Below the pieces are notes generated by a model. It worked only from the letters and a program-made list of their open reading frames with translations. It did not search any database and was not told the origin of the DNA. Shown one piece after another: positions 22,896 to 36,991 of a stretch of 64,000 nt of DNA (the first letter of the stretch is position 1; each line of letters starts with the position of its first letter). Origin of the DNA: Macrostomum lignano (taxonomy: Eukaryota). Made by a program: the position numbers and the translations under genes. Location: assembly GCA_002269645.1 (NCBI GenBank), contig NIVC01001176.1, positions 62,001-126,000 on the forward strand, in the 5' to 3' direction.

Positions 22896-25800
22896 GTGAG
22901 CTGCGCTTCTTGGTCTAGAAATTGCTTTGCTCAAGATAGTTCTTCTTCTTTACCATTACCAGCCTCTCCATTGTCCATCCGGTCCATTCCTTCACGGCTT
23001 CAGGTCATCTTCCCGCCCACTGCCTTTTCGGTCTTCCTCTTTTTCTTTTCACCTTCTATTTCTCCTTGAATACAGACATTTGCCATGGCTACCTTCCTCG
23101 TCTGATGTCGCTTGATGATCTCCTCCAGAGGTTCTGGTTCCTTTCCCAATAACTCCTTAACTTTTCTCCAAACACAGCATTTGTTTTTTTCTCTTTCCAT
23201 TCTTTTCGCCAATGTTCATCAAGCCTTATTTATCATTGAGCTGGTTGCGACGCCAATTCGGTTTATGATCCCTTCCTTCGATTCTTCTAAAATTCGAAAT
23301 TTCGGCCAGATGAAAGTGGCTCCCCCAGTCCCCACTGCAGCACTTCAGGTCAGCTCTAACTGACTCATTCACATTCTCACTCCCTCCTTACCTTTCTTAA
23401 ACTGTCTGCAACTCTTTCGGCCTTGTCGAGCTTCCCTATTCATTTTTTGCCCGAGCCTTTCACAGCTGGTTCCTCTCATTTCCCTTCTCATTTTATTCGC
23501 TCTTGCTTTCTTTCTTGCCTGTCGTCTCTCTCGTCACGTTGCTGCCGCGGGGAGCCGAACAATTCGAGGGTTAGCTAAAGCTCGCTTAGCTCAGCTCTGC
23601 TCGCTCGGCTCCAGCTCGGATCGGGGGGGGGGCAGAAGTTATGAAGAGGGAGCGGAGTCCTGCTGAATACTGTTCAAGCCGTTTTTTAGATACGAAGGGT
23701 GCGTGTGTGTGCGCTGGGGTGGCTCAAGTACTGACGGTCTGTCAGTTTTCAGTAGCTTCTCCTATCCAGCTTGACCAGCGCTGTCAAAAACTGTTCGAGT
23801 TTTGAAAATCGATCTATACCACTGTGAATTAACTTCAAAAGTTAATAATATTATTTGAGATTTTCAATCTTATTTTGGAGAGCATACTTTTGCGCGATTG
23901 TTTTTGGCGAGTTTGAGATTTCTCTTCTCTCTCTCTCTCTCGTTCCTTCCCGCGGTTTCCTGTTGCGGGAGCGGAACGAAGTGGAACAGCAGTGGCGAGT
24001 GCGGCTTTGAGAGCGCTGTCGGGGGATAAAAATTCGATTCCCGCAATATGGCGCCCGGTGTGGAGCTCAGAGACACACAGACAGCTGAAGCGGGGTCTTA
24101 ATCAACAGGGTGTCCCCGTCAGTATTGCGGAATGGTATAGTTTCAGAGGCTTAAGTGTAGAGGGTTTTGTAGGGAAAAAGGTTATGGGGCAGAGCCGGGA
24201 TCGGAGAGGGGCACCAAATTATTCTCCGGCTTTCTGAGCTCGTCCTCTGCGAGCTCCGGGGATCGCAAGTAGGGAGCTGTTTTTTTCAGCACACGGGAGC
24301 AAGGACTGGGGAAGCAGCCGTTTCTCGTTTTCCCCGTGTGAGTCGGGTGTGTGTGTGTGTGTGTGTGCTGGCGAGCTCGCGAAATCTGCTGCCACAACTG
24401 GCCACTTTGCAAACAATGCTGCACCCACGAATCGGTGGGGGTTGGCGGAGTCGGAGGGAGGGGGATCTGCGAGACTCGACTCGCTCGCTGGCTTGCGCCC
24501 GCAGCCGCTGCCGCCAGGCAAGTGAAACAGCAGCCTGCTGCTCGCTTGCCGATCGAGCGAGTGTGAGAGAGAGAGAGAGAGAGAGAGAGTGCTGGTTTTC
24601 AGGCTTCTTTGCTGCCTAGGCAGACTGCTGCAGACTTGGGAATTGGTAGTTTGGGGGGGAGTGGGCTGTTGGCTGGGGCAAGATTGTGGGGCTCACGAGT
24701 GGTCCTCGAATGTCGGCGGCCCCCCCCCCCCCCCCGGCTGCTCGGTGCGCCAGCCAGGAGGCTTCGGAGCTGCGGGCAGAGCTGAACAGCTTTATTGCCG
24801 AGAGTTCCGCGCAGTCAGTCAGCCGCCTACCTGGGATGACTGGGCTTAGGCTTTGCCTTTTTGCTCCCCCTTTACCCGCGCATACAAAATCGCAGGCAAA
24901 AAAGCTATATATATTCCTGCAGAAGAGGAAAAAGCGGGCGTCTGCCGCTTGTCGCCGCTTTTGGGCTTCGTTTCGGACTCTGGTCCGCGACTTTTTTTCG
25001 TGGAGCTAGCGAGCGAATCGTCAGTTTTTCGGGAGGTTAGTCGGTTGAGCAGTGAGCACCCCAGTCCGGACGGGGGGGGGAATAAATCCATATACGGCCG
25101 GGGCTGGAAGGGGTTTTAAAAGGGGAATCGGGAAAATGGGATTTTTGCCCACCTGGGTTTATTCAACCAGCAGGGTGCCGCACCAACCCCCTCCCCGTAA
25201 CTCGGACAGACGACCCGCACCGTTAATGGCATTGTGTGCGCAGTGCATGCGCTCCAACAATGGATTTCTATTCCCCTATGCAGTTCATTCTGTTTTCGCG
25301 AGCTTCAGCTGCTTGAACCAACGAGTATGTTGCTACCAGCCATCTTGGTCCCTCTGCTCTAATCCCACTTGAAAATCCCTTGATCACTGAAACCTCCTTG
25401 CTCCCGAGGCTGTGACGGACGGGGCCCAGGACAGACCAGACGGATACGACGCGCGACTGTCTGTCGTTCTACTCTCTGCTCTCTCTCAGCTTCCCCCAGC
25501 CATTATTCTTCACACGGCGGCTGGTCAGCCCAGGTGTGATGGGGTGGCGCCCTGGTGTAGCTTCCTTCCTCCTTAGCCGAAAACTCGTGTCCATCCATTC
25601 TCTATTTTAGCTCTAAACTCACTCTCGCTCTCAGAGAGGGGCCAAGAACTTCGCTTCGCCTTGTTCCCCCTCCCCAACTCCTCTCCCCGGGGCCTCGATG
25701 CCGGTAATAGGAACGAGGAATTCTTAAGTGAAGAAGGGGGAAGTTCTGGATAGTAGAAGCCGGTCGGGTTTAATAAGAGAGAGAGAGAGAGAAGGCCCGG

Positions 25801-27688
25801 TATAAAACGGAGCCTCCATGTGACTATATAACTGGCGCTGTTGAAAAGTTTCGATACAATGCGGGCGGGACTCGCGGCAGAATCAGTTCCATTCCAGCTG
25901 TAGCAGCAGCAGCAGCAGCAGCAGCAGCTGCATTGTGGGGCTGCTGGGAATTCGCATTAAACTTAAGATCCCGTCCCACTGTCTGTCTCCCCTACCAGAT
26001 AGGCGCTCCCCAGCTCGAACACGCCGGGCTGCAGGCCTATGCTACTAGATTAGGTCGCAAACAATGGAGGTCTGGCTGAGGGGAGTAGGTGGAGGGGAGG
26101 CCGAGCTCGGAGGCTCATATTTGTCAGATTAATGGCTTCTCCGCAGGCCCGCACCGTCATGAGCTCAGCTCTGCAATTCCCCTCCCATTTATCGCTCGGG
26201 CATACGGCGGCCATATCTGCTCCTTCCTTGCTTTCCACGATTCCGCACACAACTGAGGCGGGGGCTGGGTTTAGAGAAAGCAGAAAGAATGCTTCTAGAA
26301 GCAATAGCCCAAACAACACAGCGCCATCCCTCCTGTATAATATGCTTCTTAAGTTCCCCCAGTTTCTCTTTCTTCGTCACATTTATAAAGCTTGTCAAAC
26401 ATTGTAAATTTAGCACAGATGGAGGGAGCGAGAACGGGGACAAACTCGAAGGTGTGAGCCAGCCCTGTGAACGAAGGAAGGTGTTTCAGACACGGTGAGC
26501 TGTCCGCAGCCCGTGTACACAATGGGTCTCTGTCAGCCAGCCATGGGTCCGTTCCGATATCTCACAAAACACTGGCTCTGTTGTTCAATCGAATGGAGCG
26601 GGGCGGTTTGTGTTCTCCCTCACCGCAGCTCCTTCTATTTCTCCCCTCCCACCCCCCATTGTTTGCTTTGCGGAAACTCGAGCGCGGCGCGCAGTTGCAG
26701 CAGCAGCAGCAGCAGAAGCAGGCCCGAGTGAGAAAAAGGTGGGTTTGCCTTGAAGCTTTGCCTTGGGATTCTGCTGCCTTGCTTGGCCTGGCATCGGGAA
26801 GCCTGGCGGGGAGGGTATTGGGGAAGGCCGCCTCGTGCGGGTGCTGCTTCTAGCCTTAGGGAAACAAAGGATCTAGATTCCTGGAAAGGAAGACTTGGTG
26901 TGTGCGGCCCCTGAATGTGTGTGTCTGTGTCAAAAATGCTCGCCCAGTCTGGGCTTCCTTCGCATCAAGGCTGGCATCTTGCTACCGAAAATTCAAAACA
27001 GCCCGGCCTCATCTCTACTCACTGCTCATTCACCTCGGACAAGCCTGCTCAAAGGACATATTGCTTTGCCCTATATAGCGGCATTGTTGCCTTATCGACT
27101 TTCTGATGGAGAGGGGAGAGAAAGAGGCAGAGGCGTTGAGAAGGTGGAATGGATTTGGTCACAGCCGTCTTCCGATCCCACAATCCAGAAACTTGGCCGG
27201 TTTTTTCTCTGCTGAAGTTTTGTTTGAATTTAAAAGAAAGTCGGCGCGAAGGGGCTTAGTGGGAGAAGTGAGCAGGGGAGGCTGGCCGATGGGGAAGGCG
27301 TCATCACTCATCAGCCGCTCGGATCGAAGCGAACCTTGGGGTCCCAGGGAAATTGGGTGGACAGGGGAACGGAAGGGGAGCCAAGAGGTGAGGTGAGAAC
27401 CGAGACGACCTTCCCGACAGTCGCCCAGTGTGTCTTTTTTGCCTCCAGCCGGGCTCAGGTCCGAGCCGCCCCCCTGCCCCAGTCTGCAGGAAATGGGACG
27501 TCAAGCCGCGGGCAGTAGAGAATTGGCACAGGAGAACAGAAGAAGTGGCGGAGCGGGAGGCTGGGGTGGTGCTCGCTGGCTCGCGCGAAAAGTCGCGGAT
27601 TTCAGCATTCAGCAGGCGCTTTGCTCTCCTCCATCATCATCTCTCCCAGCCTGACCCGCGCTTCTTACCTTTTTCCACCAAGTTTTTT

Positions 27689-27692
<4 letters not shown>

Positions 27693-27760
<68 letters not shown>
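27693..27760. repeat. (CT)n microsatellite in ZBED-like intron 2
   Basis: About 34 uninterrupted CT units. Confidence 0.95.
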
Positions 27761-27762
<2 letters not shown>

Positions 27763-30700
27763 CCTTTAATTGGGTATTTGATGCGAGTACAAAAGAGAGG
27801 CTAGGACTCGGATTTCAGGCCCGGGCTACTCGCGAAACCGCCTGGGCCCGGCCCGATCGCATTCCAAGCGCTTCTGAATGAATGTTTGGGAGGTGAGCTA
27901 CTTGAGGAAACGGGATGAAGAGAGAGGGAGGGGGAAAGGAAGGTAGGAGAGCAAAGTGAATGCGCTGAAGGCGATCGGTGGTTAGAGCCGGCCTGGCGGA
28001 CCCTCCTGCCGAGTATTCTAATCGAGTTATGGGCCTTTAGCCATCCAGGGCGGGCTCGGGTTACCTCTGGCCAAACTCTGGGTCTCACACAAACTGTGCA
28101 TGGGCGAAGCATCGGTTTTCTTTGGTTGGCCGGCTTGGCTGCATTGGGGGAGGGGGAGGCATTGTTGCATTCGAGAATCGTTCGCCGGCTGCCCAAGCCT
28201 CCCATTCTTCTTCTTCTCCTTATTCAGCCGCACCTTGAGGCCCGTCTCATCCCTCGGTTCCTGGCAATTGTGTTTGCCTCTGCTTTCGTCCCCGTTGGCT
28301 TTTTAATAAAAATCAACTGTTCGCCGGAGCCCTCGCGGGCCTGCCCGAAAACCGGGCACGAGTCTCTCTCTCTCCGCCGCTCGACCTCGGATCTCCGGTG
28401 CTCCTCCGCCAATCTATCCTTGATCCGAAACTTCTTTTCTTTTCTCCATCCATCCTGTTCTGGGCTTTGGCAGACGCTTTGTGAAAGTCGTCGTCGGTCT
28501 GTCTGCCTGCCGGCTCGGGAGAGGGTCGGGGTGGCTGCGGCAGTCAAATATTGCCTACACCCGCTGGGGAGGCCGTGACGAGGGGCGGCGCGCGGCATTA
28601 TTCTAGGAAAATCTCGGAAATTCGGGGCTCGGGGTCGGCTGGCAATTTCTCTCTTCCAGTCCCGTCTTCTTTTCTAATCCCATCTGCGAGGCTTGGCCTG
28701 TGTGTGACTGAGAACACCGGGGGAAAGGGGTTCTGGGAAATTTCGACTCAGGTGACTCGGAAATTGAGGGCGCGACGTGCCTCCCACTCCCCGCCGCCGC
28801 TAGAGAGAAAAAAAGCAATATTTCTCCCCAGCAAATATTGGGAAAGCGAATAGAGAAAAGCTCGACAATTGAAACCGATTTTTATTATGAATCGACTCTC
28901 AAAGCTGAGAAGTTTGGCCTCTTGGACTCAGCAACACATTTCTCTCTGGCGACGAGAGCATAGTTGTTCGTCTTCAAAATTTGCCGGGGCTTGGCGAAGG
29001 AAGGCTTGAGGTCGACCGAGGCTTACGAAGGAACAATAGGGAGTGTTGAAAGCGCAAGAGACTAGCAGCAGCAGGTCCTTCAGGCGGCCTCTAGAAGACA
29101 GTGAGGTGGGGAGAAGAGAGGCGAAACGCGCGCGAGGCAGCGAGGGACAAAGCGGAGAAGAGGGTATTTCCTAACCCTTCAAGCTTGTTTTCCTGCATCC
29201 AAGCGTGGCACACTGCAACACAATTATATATTGGTCACTTTGTCCCCGGAATTTTGCTATGCAGCCTCCCAAAACTCTGCATCTTGGCGGCGGCAGGGGC
29301 GGGGGTCTGGCTGGGCAAAATCGCGAGTCAGGTGTTGCGAGGCCGAGGGCTGCGAGAAAACAAAAAAAACGCAGTTGAGAGAGACACACGCCCAACAAGT
29401 GGAGCACGGGCGGTCCACTTGCTACATGCAAACTTGTTGCCGCAATTCAAGCATTCAGTTTGAGTTGGCCCTGGGTCTCGCGTGTGCCGGCTCTGGGAGT
29501 TTGTGTCCTGGCGGCGGCTGGCTATGAATTCAATTGTTTTCAGGGGGCGAAAGAGGATGGGGATGAATGCGGGGGCATTTTCTGCGGGTTGGGCGGGAGA
29601 GTTGGTTATTTCGCATATTGCGGCTTTTTTGTTTCTGACGCGTTTCTGCTTGAGCTGCCTCCGTCTCACTCTCGAGTTGGTTTCGTCTGGGGCATAATAG
29701 ACTGACTGGCTAAACAGCTGCTAGCGAGAGCGATGGTATATGAGCTATGCAGCGTTGCGTGACGGTGAGCAGTTGGATGAGGCTGACAATGGGATGCTGG
29801 GCTTGGCCGCGAAGGCCGGCAAAGGGCGGGGTGGTCGGCTTTCTCGAGCCCGAGCGATTCTTCCCGCTCTCTGTCTCTGTCTAAGAAGCTGGCCGCGCGG
29901 GTTCAAGAGTGTCTGGTGGGTGGGGGGGGGCGGTTTGAGCCTGCGAGTGATGAGTTTTTGGTGGTTTAGGCAAGCAGCTTGAGGGATAAAGAAGTTTGAA
30001 AAAACCTGCTGCCGGAATGCCGGGCCTCGCTTCCCACCTGGTCGGCCGTGCGTCCCCTTCCTCCCCTCCGCTTTTGGATGCGGCATTCCGGCATACAATG
30101 GCGTGCGGGTCCGATGGCTGCCGCCGCTCTCCCGGGATGATGAAGTGACGGGCGCGACCCCCGCGCGGGCGGAGGCGGAGGTGGAGGTGGAGCTGCCTGC
30201 TGCCGCCGCCGCCGATTCCCCGGTATGATGAGGGCGGCAGAGTCCGGCGCGGAGTTAAAACTCCCGTGCTGCGCTGCAGGCCCGTAAAACTTGGGGGGGG
30301 GGGGTTGGGAGACACGAGAGATGAGGGAGGGGAATGAATGAGTTGAAGAGTGGGAAGCGCTGAGGGCAGGAGAGGGGCTCGTAAAGCTCGGATCCCAGGG
30401 TAAAAGAGGCTCGCGCGCGGACTCGGGCGCCGATGATGAGGCTCTCCGGAGTGGAATGGGGGACTTGCGGGGTTAGAAGAGTCGGCCCCCCTGCCATTGT
30501 TCCCCGCGGCCCAGGGCATTGTGTGATGGCAGCAGACCTACAGGTAGAGATAATTAGGGAGAAATAGAATTACTGCTCAATTATTCATGCGGCCCCGGAC
30601 CCGGAGTTCGCGAGTGGCCCCCGGACCCAGTAGAGAAAGAGAGAAGTTGGAGAGGGACTAAAGTTGAAGCATGGCAGAATAGAGGGGGGGTCGTCCGCCT

Positions 30701-33700
30701 CGTATTGTGTTGTTGTTGCGGCAGGCAGATACAGCTTGCGCTTGCCGCCTCTGCCTCTCTTTCCCAAAAACTGTGTCTGCAACAGGAGGCGGGAGGTTTG
30801 GACTGGGGGAAAATTTGGGAATGCTCCCCTGCTGGGCCCGACTCGACCCTCAACCAGCTGAATACCCTCTCTCTCTCGTGCATTGCTGTGAAAAGCCTTT
30901 GGAAAAATGTCCAAACGCCGGAGCCGCGGGGGTTGGGGGGCTGCAGAGAGAGGCGAACTACTGGCGGGAGGGCCTCCAGAACAAAAGCTTTGCAACTTTG
31001 CTGCTGCTTCTGCTGCTGTTGTTGCTGCTGCTGGACGAGGAGTTTAAAAAGTTGCGGCTACCTGGGGGTGAGGGGAGAATTTATTGACGGGGTGGGATTT
31101 GGCTAGTTGTCTTGCAGCGCAGAATACGAGTTTCAATACAAGCCGCTGATGGAGGCTCAATGGACTGCGAAGCAATGAATTGCGCTATAGCCTTTGAGAT
31201 GATGCGAGTGGCCAGGGGCGAGCGTAGTTCTGCAGCGACGCTGTCAGGCTCTGCAGCTGCGGTTTTATTTGAGCCCCGGCCGGACCATTGTCGGGGGCCC
31301 GCAGCATTAAACATGTCTTTAACAGTGCGGGGCGGTGAGCATGGGGGGAGATGATGCTCTAGAAGATGGAGGAACATAATAATAAAAGCCTCTCCTGAAT
31401 TCTCCTCAACGGCAAGACGAGTTCCGCCACCCGACTCAGTCCCCCCGCATAGCTCGAGCGCGTCTGGATCGCCATAAATTGGGATCATTGCTCCGCTCCT
31501 CAATGCCTCTCTCTCGTGCGGAGCTCGTTCGCTTCACTGCCTGCCCTGCCTCCCTATATGCGCCTGCTTGTTAACTTCGCGAAGATCTATACAGCGCGTC
31601 TCGCACCTGCTGGTATGTAGCAGACAAACTTCAGGCCGCGAGATCGGGTTTTTGTGTTTAGATTAGCTGTGGCAGGATAATAGAACCGCCCGCAGATCCT
31701 CGCGGAGGATGAGGCGGTTGTCCTATAAAAAATTTTTGGGAAGGATGGAACAAAGCGTGAGTCTGCAGATCTAACTGCTGAATACCGAGGAGCGGCTCGC
31801 ATTCTCGCGCGTTGTTAGGGAAAGAATAGGGGGGAGGAAGTCTAAGGAATAAGAGCGTTTGAGACGCGGTGAGCAGGCGGAAGAGCTCTGGTAGGCGCAT
31901 TCCCTCCCTGTACCCACTCTGCTGCATTCTGCCTCGAATCGCAAGGGGTTGGGGGCGCTCGAGGGGGAAGTGGGAGTAGAGAAACAGATGGAGGAGGGAG
32001 CGATGGAAAAGTGAAGTGGGTGTAAAGAACAAAGAAACTCTATGCTGCTGCAGTTCCCACGAGCTGCTTTCGGCACAGAAGATGCAGCAGAATAAGCCAG
32101 GCCCCTTCCTCCCTCAGCCCCGTCGTTGCGGGTCCCGCAGCGTGTGACTCCCTCCTTCCCTCCCTCCCTCCCCCCATTATCGTCGCTGCTCGCAATTCGG
32201 GAGAACTGCCTTTTAATGGCTTCCTTCTCCATCCCAAAACTGTCCCAGTATCATTCATACCTGTCGAGCAATCGAGGGATATAACAGTCTATGTAGGCGC
32301 CGGCCAACTTCGGCAGTGTCAAGGTGGTCGCGGGAGCTGGCATTGGGATATCTTGTTCGTCGAGTCCAATTGAGTTCCCCAACTCTAATGATGAAACTTG
32401 AGCACCGCAGATCCAATTAACAATGGCCGCCCGCTCCAAAAAAGCGCCTGACACACGAAGGGGCGGCTGTTGTTGACGCTGCACCCTGGACCGAAAAAAA
32501 ACTTGTGTGGTCTTCCCCCATCAAAAAGGGAAGATGACTCTCAAAGAGCTCCATAGGCCGGGATTATCAATCTCTCCACAGCGTTTTTGGTTCGACGGCT
32601 TTGTGTGAGTCGGACCCGAATTTCTTGCTTGCTGTCGCGATCAAAAAAAACTTGGCGCCAGAACAATGGGCGCAGGAGCGATGCAAAAAAGTAGTCTATT
32701 TCGTTTCGCCAACTTGAGAAGCAGCCTAGTCAGCCTCTCTGCACACTTGGGAGACAGGCGGCAGGGTGGGTGACGGGGGGGGGCTGCCCGAGGTGATGAT
32801 ATCGATTTACCCATCCGACTCAAAAGCCGCATTTATTCCCCCCCCCCCTGATTTCCCGCAAAGCCAGCCTCGTTGGAGGTAAAAGAGGAGGAGGGCGCTC
32901 GGATCGGGGGAGAATTCCCACATTTTTTGTATTGTTGTCATCCTGTCTCTCTGTATTTGTCATCTCCCCAACACCGCAGTTTGCAAGCTTTCAAACAAAG
33001 ATTTTGAGCGCCCCAATTCCTCTTATATAGAGCAGTTCAATGAAAGCTGATCCGCTTAGATTCAAGTGCGCAATCGGCGCGCCTCTCTTTCCATTTCTTT
33101 CTATTGCTCTGCTCGCCTGCCCAGGCATGCGGAGTCGAGGCTGGTAGGCGATGATGAGTTGCCCCCCCCCTCCCTCCAAATTCCCAATTCGGGAGCTTGA
33201 GTCTACTCGCATAGGAAGTTGCTGCTCGGGGCCGAGTTCACCGCAGCCGCCGTGGGAAGGAAGCTGAATGAGCTTGATAGAAAGTGTTTGTTTGCAAGGT
33301 GGCAAGCAGTTTTCACTTTGTGTGTTAGTAAGCGAGAGCAGAAAGCGACTGGGGTGTGGAAGGAGAAGCAGCTGGAAATGAGGACTGAGGGACTGCATTA
33401 TCGATTTGGCTTTCACCTCTTCTGTAGCAGGCAGCTGGGCCTGGCCAAGCCGAAGGGTTCGAGACGCTGGAGGGGGTGGCCCGGGTGACGCTTGATGGGG
33501 AGGTGATGCTGTGTGGGGTGAGCACGGCAACTGCCTGAAATGGGATTAGAAATTGGTTATGGGGGGAGGGTAGAGGAATGCGACGAGTGAGAAGAGAGGG
33601 GGGACAGGCCCGGCCCAGAAGCTTCACTCATTCGCTCGCAGCAGCAGCAGCAACACTGGTTGAGCCCCCCCCCCCGGGGGAGCTTGAGACTCGAGCGAAA

Positions 33701-35556
33701 CAATGCACTCGCCAGGGGGACGGGGTCTATTGTATTTTGAGGCTGGGGTTGAGGTAGCTGGCGGCTCACCGCGGGGGATGGGAGGAGCTCTGCGAAGGGT
33801 TGGCAATGACTTGAGGCATCTGCTGCTGCCTCCGCCGCTGCTGCCACCACCGCCGCTGCTGGGGGTCGCCGGCGGCTGATTTTGCCTTCGCGCTGCTGAG
33901 GCTGACACCTGTGGGGGAGGCTGACGATGAGGGGCACGCGGCGGCGGGAACGAGCGGAAAGAAATCGATTTCTAGAAGAGGCTCTGGCCTGATGAGAAAG
34001 AGAGAGTGGGGGGGGGGTTGAGAGCGAGCCAGCATGGTGGTGAAAAAGCTGGCACCCTCCAGGTCCCGGCGGGATCTGGAATTCGGAGAGCTTTTTTATC
34101 CATGCCTCGCTGCTCCCCGTGGTCTTCCCTTTCCCCGGCTTGACTATCCCCTTCCCTCCCTTCCTCTCCGCCTCACGGTCGGTCATCATCAATTCATCGA
34201 AACTCGCTGACTCGAATCCCATTGTTTGAGAATGGCATAAAAAATAGAACACGAGGCAGCGGGGGGGGGGCGTTCTCGTGTGGAGCGGGGGAAGGGGAGA
34301 GCGAAGGCTGAGTGGAGAACAATGAACAGCAGCAGCACAGTGAAAAAGAGAGGGGGCACAGAGCAGAGATCGACTCCAGGTGGAGGTCTGGGCTATTTGG
34401 GAACTCCGAGGGTGGAGGGGGGCTGCAGAGGGCGCCGGAATGTCCCGCTCCCCTGGAGGGCCTGAAGGGGGACAGGAAGCCCTTGCGAGCGCCGCGGCTG
34501 AGCGCGCTGTCTTCTGCGTGAATGGGCCGGGGCCCGCACTGTTTGTTCAGGTAATCATTCAGCCGCCCCACTCCACCGCAACCGAGCTTCTTCTCGGGGT
34601 GGCCCTCTTCGGGTCCTGCTGCTCCGGAAATCGGCTCCGTTGGTAACAATGGGGACAGAATCCTCTTATTGCTCAGCCTGTCACCCCGCGGGACCGAGGC
34701 GAACAATGCCGGGGGGTTGGTTTGAGGTTGAGGGGAACGGGAAAGAGGACGGATTTTCAGGTCGGGGAATCGAGTTCCCGTCCTCCCCTCTCTCTCACAT
34801 TCACTCAGCCAGATCGCTGGAGGGGCGGGGAACAATGACTTTCGAGTGTTGGCATAGGAGGGCCCGATAATTGTGTCACAAAACGGTGGGGAAGGCAGCA
34901 GGAGAACGGGAATTCCCGGTCCCTGACAGGGAGAGGCAAGTAATGGAATGAGCACACGAGCAGCTCGCTAGGCTGCGCTGGATATCAGCTGCTGCTGCAG
35001 GTCCCGCTCACACACTTCAGCGGCGCCCGCCACGCCACCCAAAGCTTCGGGTTGCTGACGACCAGCGGCGCCTCACTTAAGAGCGCCGGCTTAGCCACTC
35101 TTCGATCAGTTTGGGCAGTTTCCTACGCTAGAATAGGCGGCCCCTGTCTGCTGGGTAGTTTTTGTTGCATTTTTTTCCCGGCTGTAATAGGGGGAGAAGG
35201 AGACAACACAGAGAGACAGAGAGACGGTGAGAGTGATTGAGCGAGTGGGCTTTAGAAGAGGAAGTCGCTTCCTGTTAGCGGCACCAACAATGGCTCCGAC
35301 CGAAGTCTCCGCCGCAACCCCTCCGGCCTCTAAAAAATTTTTTTTTTCGTTCGGCGTCATTCGCGAGTGGCGCCGTGTTTGTCCAGCAGTTCCTGCTGGT
35401 ACTGGCCCATTCTCTCTTCTGTCTTCTCTCTTCTGCTTTTGCGTCAGCTTTTGCATTATTCACACTGCCTGCTCAGGGGGGAGGGCATTATTATTCTTTT
35501 TTTTCGACTTCTGCTCCTAACCCACCTTACGACCCCCCGCTGTGGCACATTTGCAG

Positions 35557-35844
35557 CGCCTGGTGCAGAGCTTGGCGCCCAGGTGCGAGCCGCCGAAGCG
35601 CGAACGGCTACTCGAACAGTTGCTACCGGCCGCCCTGACCTCCGAGCAGGCCGCGGTGAAAGCCGCTCTAATCGGCGGCGCCCCCGGAGTTCGTGCCTTC
35701 TCAGCCGAGGTGTGGCGCAATCATGCCGGCACCAGGCTGCTAACGCTCAGAGCGTTTGTCCCGCAAGACAGCACTCCGGCACAGCAGCAGCTACAGCAGA
35801 CTCTGTCATCGTCTTCTAAATGTCGCGTTCTGGAGACCCGACCG
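35557..35844 (+). CDS. ZBED-like gene, exon 3 (first part of the RNase H-like hAT catalytic fold)
   Basis: Acceptor tttgcAG at 35556, donor CCG|GTGAGT at 35845, 96 codons. GFL|RLVQSLAPRCEPPKR matches hAT GF..L...L.P.Y..PSR, and AFSAEVWRN corresponds to ALTTDxWTS. Confidence 0.85.
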
Positions 35845-35927
35845 GTGAGTGTCTTAATTGTGCTGCTTAATTTGCTACTCAAGATATGAGTACACCCCAA
35901 TGGTCCTTTACACAGCCTGTCCTTGGC

Positions 35928-36991
35928 GTCTGTCTTAGCGTCTGTGTCTTAGGTCTGTCTTAGTGTCTGTGTCTTCCGTCTGTCTTAGTGTCTGTGTCTT
36001 TGTCTGTCTTAGTGTCTGTGTCTTCCGTCTGTCTTAGTGTCTGTGTCTTAGGTCTGTCTTAGTGTCTGTGTCTTCCGTCTGTCTTAGTGTCTGTGTCTTA
36101 GGTCTGTCTTAGTGTCTGTGTCTTTGTCTGTCTTAGTGTCTGTGTCTTCCGTCTGTCTTAGTGTCTGTGTCTTTGTCTGTCTTAGTGTCTGTGTCTTCGT
36201 GTGTCTTAGTGTCTGTGTCTTCCGTCTGTCTTAGTGTCTGTGTCTTCCGTCTGTCTTAGTGTCTGTGTCTTAGGTCTGTCTTAGTGTCTGTGTCTTAGGT
36301 CTGTCTTAGTGTCTGTGTCTTTGTCTGTCTTAGTGTCTGTGTCTTCGTGTGTCTTAGTGTCTGTGTCTTCCGTCTGTCTTAGTGTCTGTGTCTTCCGTCT
36401 GTCTTAGTGTCTGTGTCTTCCGTCTGTCTTAGTGTCTGTGTCTTAGGTCTGTCTTAGTGTCTGTGTCTTTGTCTGTCTTAGTGTCTGTGTCTTTGTCCGT
36501 CTTAGTGTCTGTGTCTTCCGTCTGTCTTAGTGTCTGTGTCTTCGTCTGTCTTAGTGTCTGTGTCTTCGTCTGTCTTAGTGTCTGTGTCTTCGTCTGTCTT
36601 AGTGTCTGTGTCTTCGTCTGTCTTAGTGTCTGTGTCTTCGTCTGTCTTAGTGTCTGTGTCTTCCGTCTGTCTTAGTGTCTGTGTCTTCGTCTGTCTTAGT
36701 GTCTGTGTCTTCGTCTGTCTTAGTGTCTGTGTCTTAGGTCTGTCTTAGTGTCTGTGTCTTCGTCTGTCTTAGTGTCTGTGCCTTCGTCTGTCTTAGTGTC
36801 TGTGTCTTCCGTCTGTCTTAGTGTCTGTGTCTTCCGTCTGTCTTAGTGTCTGTGTCTTTGTCTGTCTTAGTGTCTGTGTCTTCCGTCTGTCTTAGTGTCT
36901 GTGTCTTAGGTCTGTCTTAGTGTCTGTGTCTTCGTCTGTCTTAGTGTCTGTGTCTTCGTCGGTCTTAGTGTCTGTGTCTTAGGTCTGTCTT
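35928..36991. repeat. 25-26-bp tandem array (GTCTGTCTTAGTGTCTGTGTCTTCC)n in ZBED-like intron 3
   Basis: About 40 direct copies with end variants -TTCC, -TTAG, -TTT, -TTC. Confidence 0.97.

Noticed and set aside
21985-27600. Recurrent GCTCGC motifs resembling the ZBED6 site
   Set aside because: ZBED6 is an independent placental-mammal domestication, and the hexamer is common in GC-rich DNA. No enrichment was computed.
30847-30860. CCCTCAACCAGCTG resembling the miR-133 3' half
   Set aside because: The seed region does not match and there is no hairpin partner.
22896-35556. Dozens of 60-250-aa ORFs in intron 2
   Set aside because: Low-complexity, overlapping on both strands, with no domains. 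The flanking exons join directly within a hAT motif.
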